From: Okamejei kenojei
Taxonomy: Eukaryota
DNA length: 64,000 nt
Assembly: GCA_035221665.1 (NCBI GenBank)
Contig: CM069168.1
Span: forward strand, 9,114,001 to 9,178,000
Direction of reading: 5' to 3'
Shown here: positions 1-12,000 of the stretch, piece after piece
Position numbering within the stretch: the stretch's first letter is position 1
Layout of the letters: the number at the start of each line of letters is the position of its first letter
Program-made: the position numbers and the translations under genes
The notes under the pieces: generated by a model
What the model saw: the letters and a program-made list of their open reading frames with translations, nothing else
Database searches by the model: none
What the model was told of the DNA's origin: nothing

Positions 1-180
1 ATGTAATCCAACCAGAAACTCCACAACACTGGTGGCTGTAGCTGTAGTGTAGGTAGTTCCTGTTTTGGAGCAATACCGTTCCCATTTTCTTATGTTTGTC
101 AGGTATTGTCTCCTGGTGGACTCCCGGTGGGATGCGGTCATCATGTTGATGGCGTCCTCAGACAGTCCCAGGCCCAGTAG
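1..180 (-). CDS. DIRS tyrosine recombinase, N-terminal part (continues beyond window)
   Basis: Hand translation LGLSEDAINMMTASHRESTRRQYLTNIRKWERYC...VVEFLVGLH; position directly after the MT domain. Confidence 0.7.
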
Positions 181-188
181 AGGTCTTT

Positions 189-2278
189 TTAGAATCTGCA
201 AGCCAGGAGATTGACTCTGTCATGGCACGGGTGACTAATGCTTGACACTGGGTGGATTAATAACTCTCGACTGCTGGGGAATTCCAACGGTGTTTCAACA
301 GCCATGTCGAGGGCCACTGGGAAGCATGGCTGTGTAGGCCAGTCGGGTATTATCAAGATTCCTGAAGCGGAATCCAATTGAATCTTGCGTAATACCCGAC
401 TGATGAGGCAGAAGGGAGGAAAAGCATAAAAGAACATTTTCCCCCAATGCAGCGAGAATGCATCAACTGCTGCTGCCTCAGGGTCTGGTTCCCAAGCGAC
501 ATACGTTGGTACCTGGTGATTCAGCCTGGATGCAAATAGATCGATATCTGGTGTGCCATATTGCTTTGTAATTTCAGCAAATATTTTGGGATTTAACATC
601 CATTCATAGAAACATAGAAATTAGGTGCAGGAGTAGGCCATTCAGCCCTTCGATGTTATCATTGAATCTGCATGACCTGGTGTCTACCACTGTATTTTGC
701 TTACCTGGTAGGTAAGTTGCTGATAACCAAATATGTCTTTCAACACACCATTGCCAGATTAGGTTGACCCCAATTGTCACACGATATCGACTTTACACCA
801 CCCATGTGGTTGATATAAGCCACCACCGTGGTATTATCTAATTGCAACCGGACATGTGCATGATGCGTATTAGATGAATATGCTTTTAACCCATAAAACG
901 CACCCAACATTTCTAAGTAGTTCATACCCCGTGTCTGTAGGCAAGATGATTCAAATTTAGTCCATCTGCCCCCTGTGCTGGATTGCATGTTAGTTGCTCC
1001 CCAGCCCAAAGCACTGGCATCCGTTTGAATGGTTAATACTGGGTTGGTGATTATTATGGGACTGGAGCTGAGCCTTACGTTCCTTGCCCACCATTGTAAG
1101 TCTGGAATGGATTCAACAGTTAAACTCATAGCTCTGTCAAAGTGACCTGAGTTTTGCTTTAGTGCATGCACTTTTGCTCTTTGCAAATTTTGATAGTGCA
1201 AAGGCCCAAATTGTACAGCTGGACATGCTGCTACCATTTTGCCAATAACTCTGGCTACCTCCCGTATGGTTGGCTGATGTTTATTCATGAGTCGTTGCAT
1301 GATAGTGCCAATTCTGATGCTTTCCCCTTCGGCAGAGTTACAATCATGCGAACAGTATCAATCGTAAATCCAAGATAGTCCATGGCAGTGGACGGTGTAA
1401 AAATTGGATTTATCTGGATGTATGACAAACCCCAAAGTTTCAAACAAACGTTTGGTGGCTGCTACTGCCAAAATGGCTGTCTCCAAGGTTTTCCCTACTA
1501 TTAAAATGTCGTCTAAATACGCCATGACTATATGCTTTTGGTTCCTCAATAATGTTAAGGCGGGTTTTAAGATTTTAGTGAACAGCCTTGGAGTGGAGGT
1601 TAGCCCATTTGGTAAGGCTTTAAATTGCCATAGCTGTTTCATCCAGATAAATTGTAAGTATTTACGATGCTCCTTGTGTATGGGTACTGAGTAGTAGGCA
1701 TCTTTTAAATCAATGCTTGCTATAAAGTACCCTCTAGAAACCAATAGTCTGGCTGTTTCAAAAGTATCCATCTTGAAATGTATATACCTGACAGACTTGT
1801 TTAAAGTAGTTAAGTCAATGATGATGCGACGTCCACCATCTTTTTTGATTTTAGTGAAAATATTAGACACAAATTCCAAAGGTTCATGTTTTGTTCTTTC
1901 AATGACACCGTTTTGCTTGTAAAACCTCATCAGTTCAGCTTGACCCTCTTGTTTCTCTTTGACTGAGAGGGTGAATACCCTTTGGGGTATATGCTGAACT
2001 GACGGAATGTTTTCATGAACAAAGTCAATTTTGTAGCCATGAACGCTGCTGAGTATATACTTGTCATTAGTGATGGATTCCCATGCATCCAAAAACAAGT
2101 GCAATCTCCCCCCTGTTAGTATAGAGCCCCTACTGCTCATATGCTGAGAGGAACCAGACCCACCTACCTCCATGGTTATTGGTGCTTCTTCTGCCTCTTT
2201 GCTGGGCGATGAGGCGTCTGCTGGGCTGTAGAGGGTTGATGTTGATGTTGATGTTGTTGGGGGTGGCGCATTTTCCAT
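189..2278 (-). pseudogene. DIRS pol (RT, RNase H, DAM-methylase-like domain), frameshifted
   Basis: GGRL, IDLKDAY, LPNGL, YLDD (1358-2278); TDAS..GWG, LEM, LDNTT (740-1300); DLFAS, DAF, YAFPP (189-599). Confidence 0.9.
606..650 (-). mobile_element. Very short CR1 3'-end insertion inside DIRS pol
   Basis: (ATAGAAAC)n tail plus AGGTGCAGGAGTAGGCCATT, same as the CR1 ends at 22404 and 55256. Confidence 0.75.
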
Positions 2279-3422
2279 GGGGTCCGCTCTGGGCCCTGGC
2301 CTAAAAAGGGCTTACGGGGAATGGTTGCGGACCTCGAGCTTTCACCAATCCCATAGTGTGGTCGACGACTGGTGGACGCCATGGGGTACTGCCGCCTGGG
2401 TTTGTTAGGTCTGCTCGGTCCCAAACCTGCCCTCACGAGACCAAAGGTCTTGGATTCTTCCTCTAGGTCTTTCACCTTTTTTGGAAGGTCTTTCCCAAAG
2501 AGCAGAATAGGAGGTTCTGAACCCGGTGTTTTGCAAAGTCCCGCAAATTTAGGGTTGAGGGCAGGCTTGATGATTTCCTTCCGTAAATTGTGTATATTTC
2601 ATATTGAGTGGTGCACAGCAGAGCTAATGTGTCTTGCTGATTTGTGGAGATGTCCACACCATCAATGGATCGAGCATATGATGTTATTCCAGCAGTTAGT
2701 AGTTTAAGGATTTTCTGGAGCTTCAACTCCAGGTTCCTGATGTTCTGCCCCAAATGTCCCCAAATTTGGCTGTTTACAGCTGATACATTCAATGATGTAC
2801 AATTTACTGGGGCTATATATTGTTCAAGAGCCTCATTGACCACCTGTTCTTGTAGGGGTTTTGAGGACAGGTGGTTAATGCTGGCTGCAAGTTTCGGCTC
2901 TAACGGCGGACCCGCTTGTGGAATGGCCACGTGGCGGTTGACCACACCCAGCAGCTCTTCCTGATCCTGTACACCCTGCGTACTCCCGACATCTTCAGCC
3001 AGTGACCCCTCTTCTTGACCAGCCCAGACCTGGTCGCCAATGCTGCCTTCAAAAGAAGGTGAAGCAATGGCCAGTGCCGTAAAGGGCACTGCGGGAGTGC
3101 CTGAGCTCCCTTGGCGAGTCTGCTGCTGCTCTCTCAGCAGATCTCGCTGGAGCAATTGCTCCATAAGCCGTTCCATGCGGCTTAGGCGGCTGCCTGTGCC
3201 GGTCTCGAGCGGTGAGGCATCTTCATCCGAATCGTCGGACACTACCGCCCGGTTCTGGCTGCAGGTACCTCCAGCCCGCTGCTCAGGCTGCACTAGCGGT
3301 GCTGGGCTCGGCTCGGTAGTTATACCCGCCGCCTCTTGCCCCCCCCCCCCCTCCAAAGAGCATTCCTCAACGGAGGACGAACGGGGGCGAGCTGCAGACT
3401 TCTTTCCTCTGGTCTTGCTCAT
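2176..3422 (-). pseudogene. DIRS ORF1 (gag-like), frameshifted near 2480-2600
   Basis: ORFs 2472-3446 and 2176-2475; homologous to 50633-51480 (SLxVxAVNxxIWG, LQxILKLL). Confidence 0.75.
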
Positions 3423-4861
3423 TCTTTCTGAAAACAAGCAGACCACAGAGAAAAAGACACACCGCCACGGTAAAACTTACCTGTCGGCCCGACTTTTCAA
3501 TTTGTAGCGGGAGCGCCTTGAACTCCCGTTCGTCGCGGGTGCACTGCATGAACGCTAATGTCGCGCATGCGTGCTGGACGGGGTCTCACGTAGCCACTCA
3601 CGTGACTCCGAAGTAAAATGCACTTTAATAGGGAGAGTTTGAGCTTGCTGATAATCTATTCACTGGAGCAGATGATGAGGGGGTGATCTTATACAGGTGT
3701 ATACAATCATAAGAAGAATGATCGCATAGACGCGTGGATTATCTTGCCCAGAGTGGGGGAATGGAGAAGCACCTAGGTAGAAGGTGAAGGGAGAAAGATT
3801 TGCTAGGAATCTGATGGCTAACCCTTTCACACGAAGGGCGGTGCGTTTATGGAACAAGCTGCCAGAGGTAGTAGTTGAGGCAGGGACTATTGTAACGTTT
3901 CATAAAAATAATAGACACATACAATGATAGGACAGGTTTAGAGGTATATGGGTCAAACGCAGGCAGGTTAGACTGACATGGCTAAACACTTGCAGGTGGG
4001 ACTAGCGTCGATTGGGCATTTTGAGAGGCATGGTCAATTTCTGTGCTCTTTGGCTTTAAAGGTGATATGTTGGTGGCGGAGACCAGTGAAGGAAAGGTAG
4101 GACCAACGAAACACCGCCTCTATTCTGAATAGGTGGCGTAAAGGCAGTACGAGCGAAGGTAGAAAGGAAAATGTGCGGGAGTGGCAAATAAAGTCTGCAG
4201 GCGGTGCCAGCGGGACAGAGGTTGGGCACTGGGTCACTGGGGAGATGCGGTCTGGTTCGAACCAGCCTACTCAACCTCTCCCTATAGCTCATACCCGCTA
4301 GCCATCGCAACATCCTTGTAAATCTTCTCTGTGCCCTCTCCAGCTTGACACCACCTCAGTCCCACCATCATAATCTGTGTGCACCTAGTGCGGAGTGGGG
4401 TGGGTAGATCAGAGGAGGATATGGTCGTTTTGCGCCAAGCTAACCATTAACGGGTCACGGCGCATGGCAGTCGAAGTCTCCATCAGAGCCGACTGCCTGT
4501 CGCGTTTCCAAGCTTACTTCCGCGCCCGGCTGTTCCCTTGAAAAAGAACACACAGTGCCCACTGGCACCAGGGAGGCGTTCCAGGTCCGCTGGGCGCCGA
4601 GAGGGACTGACTGTCTCCTGGATCAAGGTTGTAACATCGTAATCACTTGTTTATTTATGATCGTTGACAGTCAAACGGTACCGTGCAACCAACGTCCGGG
4701 TCAGTACACACGCGGACGGACCCAGGCTCTTCCCAGAGTGGTCTGAATGGCTCATTTCCAGGGTACGTTTGTATTGAGCCAACACCACGATCCTGCCACC
4801 CCTTCGGGTCACTCCAATCCCCGAAGGGACATTGACCACCCGCTGTCTTTGTCACCAACAG

Positions 4862-6005
4862 CTAAGGGCATGTGCGTTGACACAAACGACGGAACGGAGA
4901 ATAATCAATTCGGAGAAAATTGGATGAACACTAACTGCTGGGGGTGCGTGTGTGCACGCACGGGTTATAAAGGGTGCGAACGGTAAATAATCCGCCTTTT
5001 AGCTCACAGGATCTGACCGCGACGGTTGAACCTGCACGCATGGGTTCTGTTGGCGTCGCAGACAACAGGGTGTGAGCCGTGTCGATTGGCGATGGGTTGA
5101 GAATTGACGTGTATAGTAGACAGAATGGTCCTGACCACGGGCTCTCTACATCTCTGCATCAAATCCCGATACACGGGGAAGCTTCGGCCGGGATCTGATT
5201 CTGGGTGGTGATCATTGGGGAAGGCTTGGCGGAGGGAGGGAGGGAGGGAGGGAGGGAGGGAGAGAGAGAGAGAGAGGGGCGGGGGAGGAGGGAAGAGATT
5301 GTATGAAGGATTGTAAAGGCAGTCAAAGCAAAGCCTAGAATCACACGGCACGGGCCCTTCAGTGCGCTGGGTCAGGCCGCAACTCTGGAGATCATAAGAG
5401 GACATTTCTGGTTGTGACCCACCGTCCGTGTGTCCGCATCTCCGGCCGCTCTCAGGGCTGACCCGCAGAGTCACCCCAGCACTTTTTGCCTTTAAAAATA
5501 AATCTCCCCCCCCCCCCCCCCCCACCCCACCACCACCACCTGAATTTTCGAGACTAACTGAAAAGGCAAATTCATCACCAATGTGCTGGTCCTTGTAACC
5601 AGAGCGTGTGGAGGAAACGTAAACATACACAGACAGTAACCGAGGTTAGGTTTATTCGACAAAGAGAGAGGATGAGGGGGAGAACACACCGCGTTAACAC
5701 CGACCATTGTTGGGAGGGAATTTGAGCATCCATAAAAATACTCACGCAGTCACACGGAGAACATGCAGACTCCACACAGACATGACCCGAGGTCAGGATC
5801 GAATCCGCGTCCCTGGCGCTGTGAAGCAGATCTTCCGAATTGTTTATAATTGGTTCACCTGATCTATTTCCCTAGGTATTTCATGCCAACTAATTACCCA
5901 GAGGGTTGTGCCACATCGTTCGATATGCAGTCTTGTTCGTTTCGAGTCCATTCGAAGGAGGACTCGTCAGTCAAATGTACATTGGAAGGACTTGTTGGGA
6001 AATGA
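4862..6005 (+). pseudogene. MSMB/PSP94-like copy 1: exon 3 (4862-4982) and exon 4 (5876-6005); no signal-peptide exon recognised
   Basis: ACAG|..KGMCVDTNDGTENNQFGENWMNTNCWGCVCARTGYKGCER|GTAAAT; CTAG|YFMPTNYPEGCATSFDMQSCSFRVHSKEDSSVKCTLEGLVGK*; phase-2 junction; AATAAA at 6099. Confidence 0.82.
5710..5830 (-). mobile_element. Degenerate V-SINE (HE1-like) in MSMB-like last intron
   Basis: CACGGAGAACATGCAGACTCCACACAGAC core; same position in paralog at 63660-63780. Confidence 0.6.
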
Positions 6006-6848
6006 GCTGGAATAAGCAGGCAGCTCCCAATGTGGAGACATTCATCAATGTGATACAGGAGCCTTGACTCTTGCATGTCATGTAACGACTTGCATCACAA
6101 TAAAAATATAACAAACCTATTCTGCCATCATTTGCTGACCCATTATTTCAACAAGAAAGGGGCATGAGATACAGGAGGCGATGGGAAACGATGTGGCGCG
6201 TCTGAGAACTTGAGTGTTTATTGAGAAAATGTAAATTGAACGAAATATCATTGGTAAGAAGATGGAACTATGAAATATGTCAATGAAAAAGAAAAGTGGT
6301 TAATTCTAAGGATTTGATGCGTGCCTGAAAATGGGGAACAAGGCATCATAGACCCTCACAAACCAGTGAATAAATGGACTGGAGGAAGAGAAGGCACTAG
6401 GAAATGGCGTGGCGCGTTTGGGATCATGAGTGTCAGAGAAAATTGAAGATGCAGTGCGTGCACGTAAAAACAATCTAAGAATACTAAGAACGTGTATTAA
6501 TTCATGAGAGGAATAGACCGGAAGGCGCTCAGAGTCTCTTGCCCAGAGTAGGGGAATCAAGAACCAGGGAATATGTTGAAGGTGAATGAAAAATATTTCA
6601 TAGGAATCGGAGGGGTAACATTTGCATGCAAATAGTGGTGGGTGTATGGAACGAGCTGCCGGAGAAGGTAGTTAAGGCAGGGACTACCGCAGCCTTTAAG
6701 AAGCAATTAGACAGCAAAGGGCCTGTCCCACTTGGCTGTCATTTGCGCGCCATTTACGCGACCTGGTAGCCTGTGGGTAGCGCGGGACGGGCGCATGGAC
6801 TGGCCTGGAGGAGTGTGGAGTTGCGCACGGTATCGCGTAGCGCGCCAG

Positions 6849-8720
6849 CATGGTGGCCAAGTAGCCGAGGTGGAATGCAGAGGCCCCTAACCAAGTCTGG
6901 TGTGCGACAGCCCCCAATTAAAGCTTTTATGGACGACCTTACCATCACCACAACACCAGTCCCAGGAAGTAGGTGGATCCTACAAGGTCTTGAGAAACCT
7001 ATCACCTGCGCAAGGATGAGTTTCAAGCCAACGAAGTCAAGGTCCATGGTGCTGAAGAAGGGGAAGGTGACTGACAGATTCCACTTCTTACTATCCGGAA
7101 CTGCCATTGCCTCCATCACTGAGCAACCTGTCAAGAGCTTGGGGAAGGTTTTTGACGCAACCCTGAAAGGCTCTGCCGCCATTCAAAAGTCCATCAAAGA
7201 CCTTGAAGCCTGGCTTACTAAAGTCGACAAGTCAGGTCTGCCAGGCAGATTCAAGGCCTGGACCTATCAGCATTCCATCCTGCCCCGAGTCCTGTGGCCT
7301 CTGCTGGTTTACGCTGTTGCATTGACCACAGTTGAGTCCCTCGAAAGGAAGATCAGCGGCTTTCTCCGCAGGTGGCTTGGCCTTCCCCGCAGCCTCAACA
7401 GTGCTGCACTGTATGGGACCAGTAACATCTTGCAGCTCCCATTCAGTGGCCTCACCGAAGAGTTTATGGTGGCGCGAACAAGAAAGGGACTGCAGTACAG
7501 GGACTCCAGGGACAAGAAGGTGTCATCGGCTGGCATTGAGGTGAGAACAGGGTGGAAATGGAGGGCGGCGAAAGCAGTGGAGATGGCAGAGTCACGCCTA
7601 AGGCAAAAGGCATTGGTGGGAGTCATGGCAACTGACAGAGCGGGTTTGGGATACTTCCCTAAGACACCGGTTGGCAAGGCCCAGGGCAAGGAGTGACACC
7701 ATCTAATCCAGGAAGAAGTCTGAGCAGGTGTGGAGGAAGAGCGTGTGAGCAGGACAGTGGGGCTCAGGCAGCAGGGAGTGTGGGCAAGGTGGGAGAACGT
7801 ACCACAGCGCAGGATTACCTGGTCAAACATCATGCAGGCAGACTTCCAGCGCGTCTGTGTCTACAATGCCCAACCAAGTCCAGCAAACCTCCACGTCTGG
7901 GGCAAGAGCGAGACACCTTCCTGCCCACATTGCTCTGGAAGAGGATCATTAGAACATCTCCTCAGCAGCTGCCCAAAGATTCTTGGGGAAGGTCGCTATC
8001 GGTGGCGGCATGACCAGGTGCTCAAGGTGGTTGCTGAGCGCATAGCCACTGCCATCGGTAGCAGCAAACACCACCACGCCCCAAAGAAATCAATCACTTT
8101 TGTCAAAGCTGGAGAGAAGCCCCGACCACAACCAAAACAAGGACGGGCCTCCTCGGCACAGCCACTGACTGGCAGCTGCACGTCGATCTGGGCAAACAGC
8201 TGAAATTTCCACAGCACATCACAGCAACATCACTCCGGCCAGACATGATCATCACCTCCGAAGTGACCAAACAGCTGATCATTCTGGAACTGACAGTGCC
8301 CTGGGAAGAGTGTATTGAAGAGGCTAATGAGAGGAAGCGCGCAAAGTACCAGGAACTGTGGAGATGTGCCAGCACAGAGGCTGGAAGACATACTATGAGC
8401 CTATAGAGGTGGGCTGTAGAGGCTTTGCTTTGCAGGACGCTCACTCTGCAAAGTCCTCAACCAGTTGGGCATGACGGGGCTGGCAAAGAAGAGGGCCATT
8501 CAATCCGCAAGTGAAGCCGCAGAGAAAGCCACTAGTGGCTTTGGATTAAGAGGGCTGATCCGTGGGCGGTTGCTGCTGGGACGCAAGTCGGGGCTTGATC
8601 AACCCCGGCTGGGTCGCCTGGGCGAGGGTGTCTGATGCTGTGAGATCCGAAACACCCGATGACCCCAGGTCACATCACTGAGGATGTGTCACAGCGCATC
8701 TAGAAGATGTATCTTTCACA
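6849..8720 (+). mobile_element. 5'-truncated non-LTR retrotransposon with restriction-like endonuclease (HERO-like)
   Basis: RT AFMDD, CCHC knuckle CPHC..H....C, RHDQVL, RPDMII..ELTVPWEE; stops and frameshifts present. Confidence 0.85.
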
Positions 8721-8830
8721 CGGAGGGGTAACATTTGCACGCAAATGGTGGTGGGTGTATGGAATGAGCTGCCGGAGAAGGTAGTTAAGGCAGGGACTAC
8801 CGCAGCCTTTAAGAAGCAATTAGACAGCAA

Positions 8831-9044
8831 AGGGCCTGTCCCACTTGGCTGTCATTTGCGCGCCATTTACGCGACCTGGTAGCGTGTGGGCAGCGTGTGT
8901 GTAGGACGGGACGGGCGCATGGAGTGGCCTGGAGGAGTGTGGAGTTGCGCACGGTATCGCCTAGCGCGCCAGGATTTTGTGCTGCACGAAATCTTCGCGC
9001 GCCATCGGCCTGTCGCATATATGACGGCCAAGTGGGACAGGCGT
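8831..9044. mobile_element. MITE with terminal inverted repeats (Harbinger- or Kolobok-like)
   Basis: AGGGCCTGTCCCACTTGGC...GCCAAGTGGGACAGGC; partial copy 6717-6848, inverted copy 58641-58844. Confidence 0.75.
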
Positions 9045-9046
9045 TT

Positions 9047-12000
9047 AATCCTCGACCTGAGATCATCCATGCTGTTTTCCAGGGACTGGACATTAGCAAG
9101 AAGAATGCTGGGCAGAGGTGGACGGTAGGCTTGAGCTCTGTACATTGGTTACTTTACTTATCAACCAAGGTAGTGCTTTATTATTATAAGCTCCGCCTAT
9201 ACCACACCATTCATATTATCGCAACACAACATGTGCTGACAGTCAGTACTGGTGCATGGTAGAAGTAACATGCTTAAGTGTGTTGTATACGTTCCTTAAT
9301 AAATATTGTTATACCAGATCTGGGAGTATATGTGATTTACTCAACATGGTGTCAGACGTGGTCAACCCACTCCGCGTTTAAGTCTATCGGTTTGATTTTA
9401 TTTCCAGTGGGGTTTTTTTTGTCCCTTTTTCGTGTTGCTATGGCCAACTCATTCCGTAAACCTGATCCTCTGATTTTTGACTCAGACCACGCTGAACTTT
9501 GGCGGATTTTCGAGCGAGATTTCTACGATTACATCCGTGCTGCTCATCGCAACGTTCCACCAGATCAACGTAACTCTATCCTTCTCAACATCGCTGGCCA
9601 AGAACCTATCAAACAAGCAGGGCGCTTCGTCTTTGCTCCTGCAGTTCTGGATCACAACTATCAGATTGTAGTACCTGCTGAAACTATTGATGATCCCAAT
9701 GTTCTGATCACCAAATTCAGACAGTTATGTGATCTTCGCACTAACTCTGTTCTGTAACATACTTTTTTTTTTGCACGAAATCTGCTGCAAGGTGAGCCTG
9801 TGGATACTTATATCAGCACTCTAAAACAAATTGCTGCATTCTACCGGTTTGCGAATCTGTGCGATTGATTGTTGGGTGAAATCCTCAGTAATAAAGTACG
9901 TGAGACTGAAACGAACTCTGGCCAGAGTTGACTGTGCTTGTCGTATTGCTCACAGACTCTCACACTAAATCAGTGGGGCCCAGACCGCATTCCTCATACG
10001 TGTTGATGCTACCGACACCTCCCACCGCAACCAAAGCTCCCAACCCACACATCATCTCGACAATCTACTGAATTATCGAAAAGTCTTCTAACTGTGGCGG
10101 ATTGCACCCCGCAGGTTGCGAACTGTGCCTTAACTTCGGAAAACGATGCCATTTTTGCGAAAAAAGAAGCCATTTCATTAAATGCTGTCAAAGATTTAAC
10201 TTCCTGTTAATACTCGAAGATCCTGATATCGAGTACCAAGCGCTACCAGCACCTCCTCTGGCTACTGTCCCTGAGCATGAAGATAACAGTCATAACATAC
10301 ACTTCCTGGTTGATTCCACTCACAAGCACCTCGACCCTGAAGTCTCACTTCGTTTCAACAATACCATTACTGTTGGAAAGATCGACACCAGGGCCAAATG
10401 TAACGTAATTGTCCGAATTTACTCAAATCAAAAATGCCGAACGTATTGTAAACACATCGGCCACTTTGTTAGCCTATGGGGGTGGGGGGTGCACCCAATT
10501 GGAAGAGCTGAGCTGAAATGCCACCTAGCTCACTTTTTTATTGTTCGTGGGAAAGTTGCAACTCTGCATGGCATTAACGCATGCCAGGACCTAGGATTGG
10601 TAATTGTTTGGGCTGCAGTCCATCAAATCTCTCCTGCTGATACTTCCCAGTACAATGAACTTTTTGACAATGATAAGTTTGGGACGCTACCCATCAAACG
10701 CAACATCGTCAACGATGCAAATGTCTTACCTGTGGTACGAGCACCACACCGAATGCCACATGCTATGCGTGGCAGAGTACACAATGAGCACCAGCGGGTG
10801 GTGTCCCTGGGTGCCATCGCCACAGGAACTGATCCATCCGACTGGATTTCCACCATGGTGGTCGCAACAGAGAAAATTATAGAAGAAATCCAAATTTGTA
10901 TCAACCCCAGAGACCTGAACTCAGCGATCAAATGCCGCACTACCCTGATGTGCACGATGGAGGAAGTTGCTGCTCAGCTAGGCAGTGCGTCTGTCTGTTC
11001 CTTTCTGGATGCCAACAGCTTATTTGGGCAGATCCCGATGGAACCCGACTCGTCTAAACCCACCACGTTCCGCACCCCGTTTGGCCATTACATATTTTTG
11101 AGTATGCCCTTTGGCATCAACTCTGCTAGCAAAGTATTCCAGCGTACAATGGAACAATTATTTACTGGGTATCCTCGAGCCATAATTGTTGATGACATTC
11201 TCGTTGCTGGACACGACATGGCTGAACATGATGCCAATTAAAAAAAGTATTGGACTGTGCAAAAGAAATCCACTGCAACCACAACATTCTGAGTGCAGGT
11301 CAAGGAGGTCCTGTTTGTTGGTCACGTATTCACCAGTGACGGCCACCGGCCTGACCTCTCCAAGACCATTGGCGAGATACCATTTGCCACTGACGTGACA
11401 AGTTTGCAGAGATTCCTGGGAACCGTTAACTATTTGGGTAAATTCATTCCCAAACTCAACAAAATATCTGCCCCTCTGCGACAACTAACTCACAAGGGTG
11501 TTACATGGTCTTGGTACCCACAACACCAGAGGGCATTCGAAATGCTTAAATGACTATTGTCCAGTGCCCCGCCCCTCGCTTATTTCAATTTAAACCTACC
11601 GGTGACACTCACGTGTGCTGTTTCCCAATATGGACTTGGAGCTGCTTGCCTACAGAATTCCTTCGAAGAAGACTGCAGACCTTTTGCTTACGCCTCCTGT
11701 ACCTTGTTTGAGACTGAAGATCAAAAAAGAATTACTAGCCGTGGTTTTTACCTGCACAAAATTCAAGGACTTAATTTTTTGGAAGTCCGTGGTTGTCGAA
11801 ACAGACCACCAACCGTTTCTCACTATTCTGAACTAACCCATTCTTGCAGCTCCTGCTCGCCTGCAACGGATGATGATGCCCCAGCAACTACTGCAGCCAC
11901 ACGTTCGTTCAACACTTGTCGTCCAGAACAACTCCAACTGAAACGCGATATCCAATCACGATTTATTGACTATTTAAACCTCTCTCCAGTGGCCAAGTCG

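Larger units (their letters stand above)
1..3618 (-). mobile_element. DIRS1-like tyrosine-recombinase retrotransposon (degenerate, runs off window start)
   Basis: Order ORF1 - RT (YLDD) - RNase H - methyltransferase-like domain - YR N-terminus; 5' end TTTTACTTCGGAGTCACGTGAGTG shared with the element at 50441. Confidence 0.92.

Noticed and set aside
189-599. Bacterial-like adenine methyltransferase / horizontal transfer
   Set aside because: Normal MT-like domain of DIRS pol in its expected position
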